Origin: Phycisphaerales bacterium
Lineage (GTDB): Bacteria; Planctomycetota; Phycisphaerae; UBA1845
DNA: 64,000 nt
Direction: 5' to 3'
Assembly: GCA_013140575.1 (NCBI GenBank)
Contig: JABFSN010000047.1
Span: forward strand, 5,036-69,035
Below the pieces are notes generated by a model, which was given only the letters and a program-made list of their open reading frames with translations, searched no databases and was not told the DNA's origin. Positions within the stretch are counted from its first letter, which is position 1; every line of letters starts with the position of its first letter. This document shows positions 62,394-64,000 of the stretch, piece by piece. Both the position numbers and the translations under genes were made by a program.

Positions 62394-64000
62394 TCAGCCC
62401 TCGAGGGACACGGCGCCGAACGCGGATTGAAAGCGGGCGAAGTCGATGACGTCCACGTCGTCGTCCCGGTCACGATCGTACGTTTCACACCCCGTCGCCG
62501 TGGCTGCTTGCGCCGCGCACTGTACAAAGCCCTGATAATCGAACCGGTCGACATCGCGATCGCCGTCGCGATCGCCGGTCGGCACGAGGATGGCTTCACC
62601 GCAGCCGATCGTCGAGACGCCGCCGCCGACGCGGTGCGCGTAGTACACCCGGCAGCCGTCGATGGTCGCCGACGCCCCGGGGGCGATCACCAGGTTGTAG
62701 ACATACACCGCTTCCGAACACGGCGACTGGCCCGCACCGTCGTTGTCGAGCGAATCTTCAAACAAAACGTCGCCACCGTCCGTGATCGCCAGCGACCCCA
62801 TCGCGAAGTTTAGTGAAAAACCGTTCAGATCGGGACCGAGATCGACGCCGGCCGCTTCGTATGTGTGCGGCATGGGTCCAACCAGCAACAACCCGCCGTC
62901 CGTCCAATCGAACACGTCGGGTTCGACGCTTCCGTTGTCAAAATCGCCCGAGAGCCGCATCGGCTCCGGCGATGCGTAGGAGATTTGCGCGGATTCAACC
63001 ACGACGAAGTCGCCGTCAATCACGACGGCCCCGCCGACCGCACCAGCGGCACTCGCCGCCACCCCTGCCGTCACCAGAGAAGGCGGCGCGCACCCGCCCG
63101 CGGGACGCCGTGCCACGGACCCCGTCATCGTGTAGGCGCCCTTGCTCGTCACCGTCATACCCCCCGAGACGACCATGCCGCCGTCGCAACCCACGTCAAC
63201 ACAGCCGGCCGACACCGCACCCCCGGCGACCTGAACTGCGGCGCTGCCCTCGGACGGCGCGGTTTCCGAGGTGCCCGTGTACAGGCCGCCCGCGCCGATG
63301 CTGAGCGCGCCCTCCAGAACGATGGTGGTGTCCGGTGCGCTCATGACCGTTCCGTTCGCGATGAAGAGTGCGTTTCCGGCGACAGATGTCGTCAAACCCG
63401 GGAGCGTTCCCTCGACGCGCATGGCGCCGCCATTGACGACGTAGTCGCCCGATCCGGTGATCATCGTGTTGTTGATGACCAGCGTTCCGCCGTTGACGGC
63501 GGTCATCGTGCCGTTGTTGGTCTTGGGTGAATTTCCGACGATGCGCAGCGTGCCGCCGGGCTGGTTCGCGGACACGGCGTTCTCGTTCACCAGTCTCGCC
63601 GTGATGACGCCTTCGCCCACCACCAGCGATTGATTGATCCAGACACCGCCCAAGGGGGCGCCCTGCGACGCGAGCGACGCAGTCGGACCGCCAAGTCGCA
63701 CGGCGCCCGTGCCGATCAATTCGACCTCGGATTCGGCCACGAGCATCCGCCCGTTCTGGATGGTCAAGGTTCCATTGTTCAGAACCCGCGAAGGTCCGGC
63801 CAATCGAAGGCTCCCCGTCGCGAGCGTGAGCATCGCGCCTCCGCGCAGACGAAGCGCCCTGATCTTCGCCTCAATATCCAAAAAAACCATCTTGTCCATG
63901 CCCGCAATGGTAACCGCGAAATCCCGGTCGAGTTGGATGGTCGGTACGACGGGCGGCGACCAGAATGGGGCGCTGCTCCACGGACCGACGACACTGATCC
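62394..64000 (-). CDS. secreted beta-helix repeat protein with C-terminal dockerin/EF-hand-like repeats (5' end beyond the window)
   Basis: G/N/T-rich repeats (NNGTLTIQNG, NNGTMTAVNGGTLVINN). C-terminal GDRDGDRDVDRFDYQGF and DRDRDDDVDVIDFARFQSAF. The frame stays open upstream of the Met at 63899 to the window edge. Confidence 0.7.
   Translation of the reverse strand, partial: ISVVGPWSSAPFWSPPVVPTIQLDRDFAVTIAGMDKMVFLDIEAKIRALRLRGGAMLTLATGSLRLAGPSRVLNNGTLTIQNGRMLVAESEVELIGTGAVRLGGPTASLASQGAPLGGVWINQSLVVGEGVITARLVNENAVSANQPGGTLRIVGNSPKTNNGTMTAVNGGTLVINNTMITGSGDYVVNGGAMRVEGTLPGLTTSVAGNALFIANGTVMSAPDTTIVLEGALSIGAGGLYTGTSETAPSEGSAAVQVAGGAVSAGCVDVGCDGGMVVSGGMTVTSKGAYTMTGSVARRPAGGCAPPSLVTAGVAASAAGAVGGAVVIDGDFVVVESAQISYASPEPMRLSGDFDNGSVEPDVFDWTDGGLLLVGPMPHTYEAAGVDLGPDLNGFSLNFAMGSLAITDGGDVLFEDSLDNDGAGQSPCSEAVYVYNLVIAPGASATIDGCRVYYAHRVGGGVSTIGCGEAILVPTGDRDGDRDVDRFDYQGFVQCAAQAATATGCETYDRDRDDDVDVIDFARFQSAFGAVSLEG

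Noticed and set aside
1-64000. Search for tRNA, rRNA, tmRNA and riboswitch signatures in intergenic regions
   Set aside because: I saw no T-arm (GGTTCGAATCC-like) context with acceptor pairing, no rRNA-like stretches, and no riboswitch consensus I could recognise by eye upstream of queC, flp or the transporters. A covariance-model scan would be needed to be certain.

Overview
GC-rich bacterial chromosomal segment. The gene content points to Planctomycetota, which is an inference I cannot verify here: a DUF1559-like prepilin-type pseudopilin, many secreted proteins ending in dockerin/EF-hand-like D-x-D modules, an ECF sigma/anti-sigma pair, a b558-type sdhCAB operon and Flp/Tad pilus genes. 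About 50 protein-coding genes are supported. Housekeeping genes: sdhCAB, murI, aspS, rsmG, queC, a NIF3-like gene, pabC, pabB, ogt, xerD and pgeF. Envelope and secretome genes: M23 and S8 peptidases, a transglutaminase-like protein, a large Ig-domain protein, a beta-helix protein, lipoproteins, and GT4 and GT39-like glycosyltransferases. Transport genes: an MMPL/HpnN-like RND exporter and an ABC-2 pair. Other content: a front-half-only Flp/Tad cluster (flp, cpaA/tadV, tadE-like, cpaB), a VapBC-type toxin-antitoxin pair, a heme oxygenase and a 7-heme cytochrome-TPR fusion. I saw no rRNA, tRNA or CRISPR array, and no transposase, phage or recognisable defence genes. The most unusual content is non-coding. 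There are three families of short (about 140-250 bp), hairpin-packed, TIR-bounded MITE-like elements and a 45-bp palindromic unit. Two of the three families have flanking direct repeats that look like target-site duplications. One element sits inside the loop of a palindromic unit, and removing it restores that unit exactly. These elements sit at gene boundaries: they split an operon pair, supply a stop codon, displace a start codon, and flank the point where the tad cluster ends. Many long antisense ORFs in the supplied track are GC-driven artefacts and are not reported as genes.
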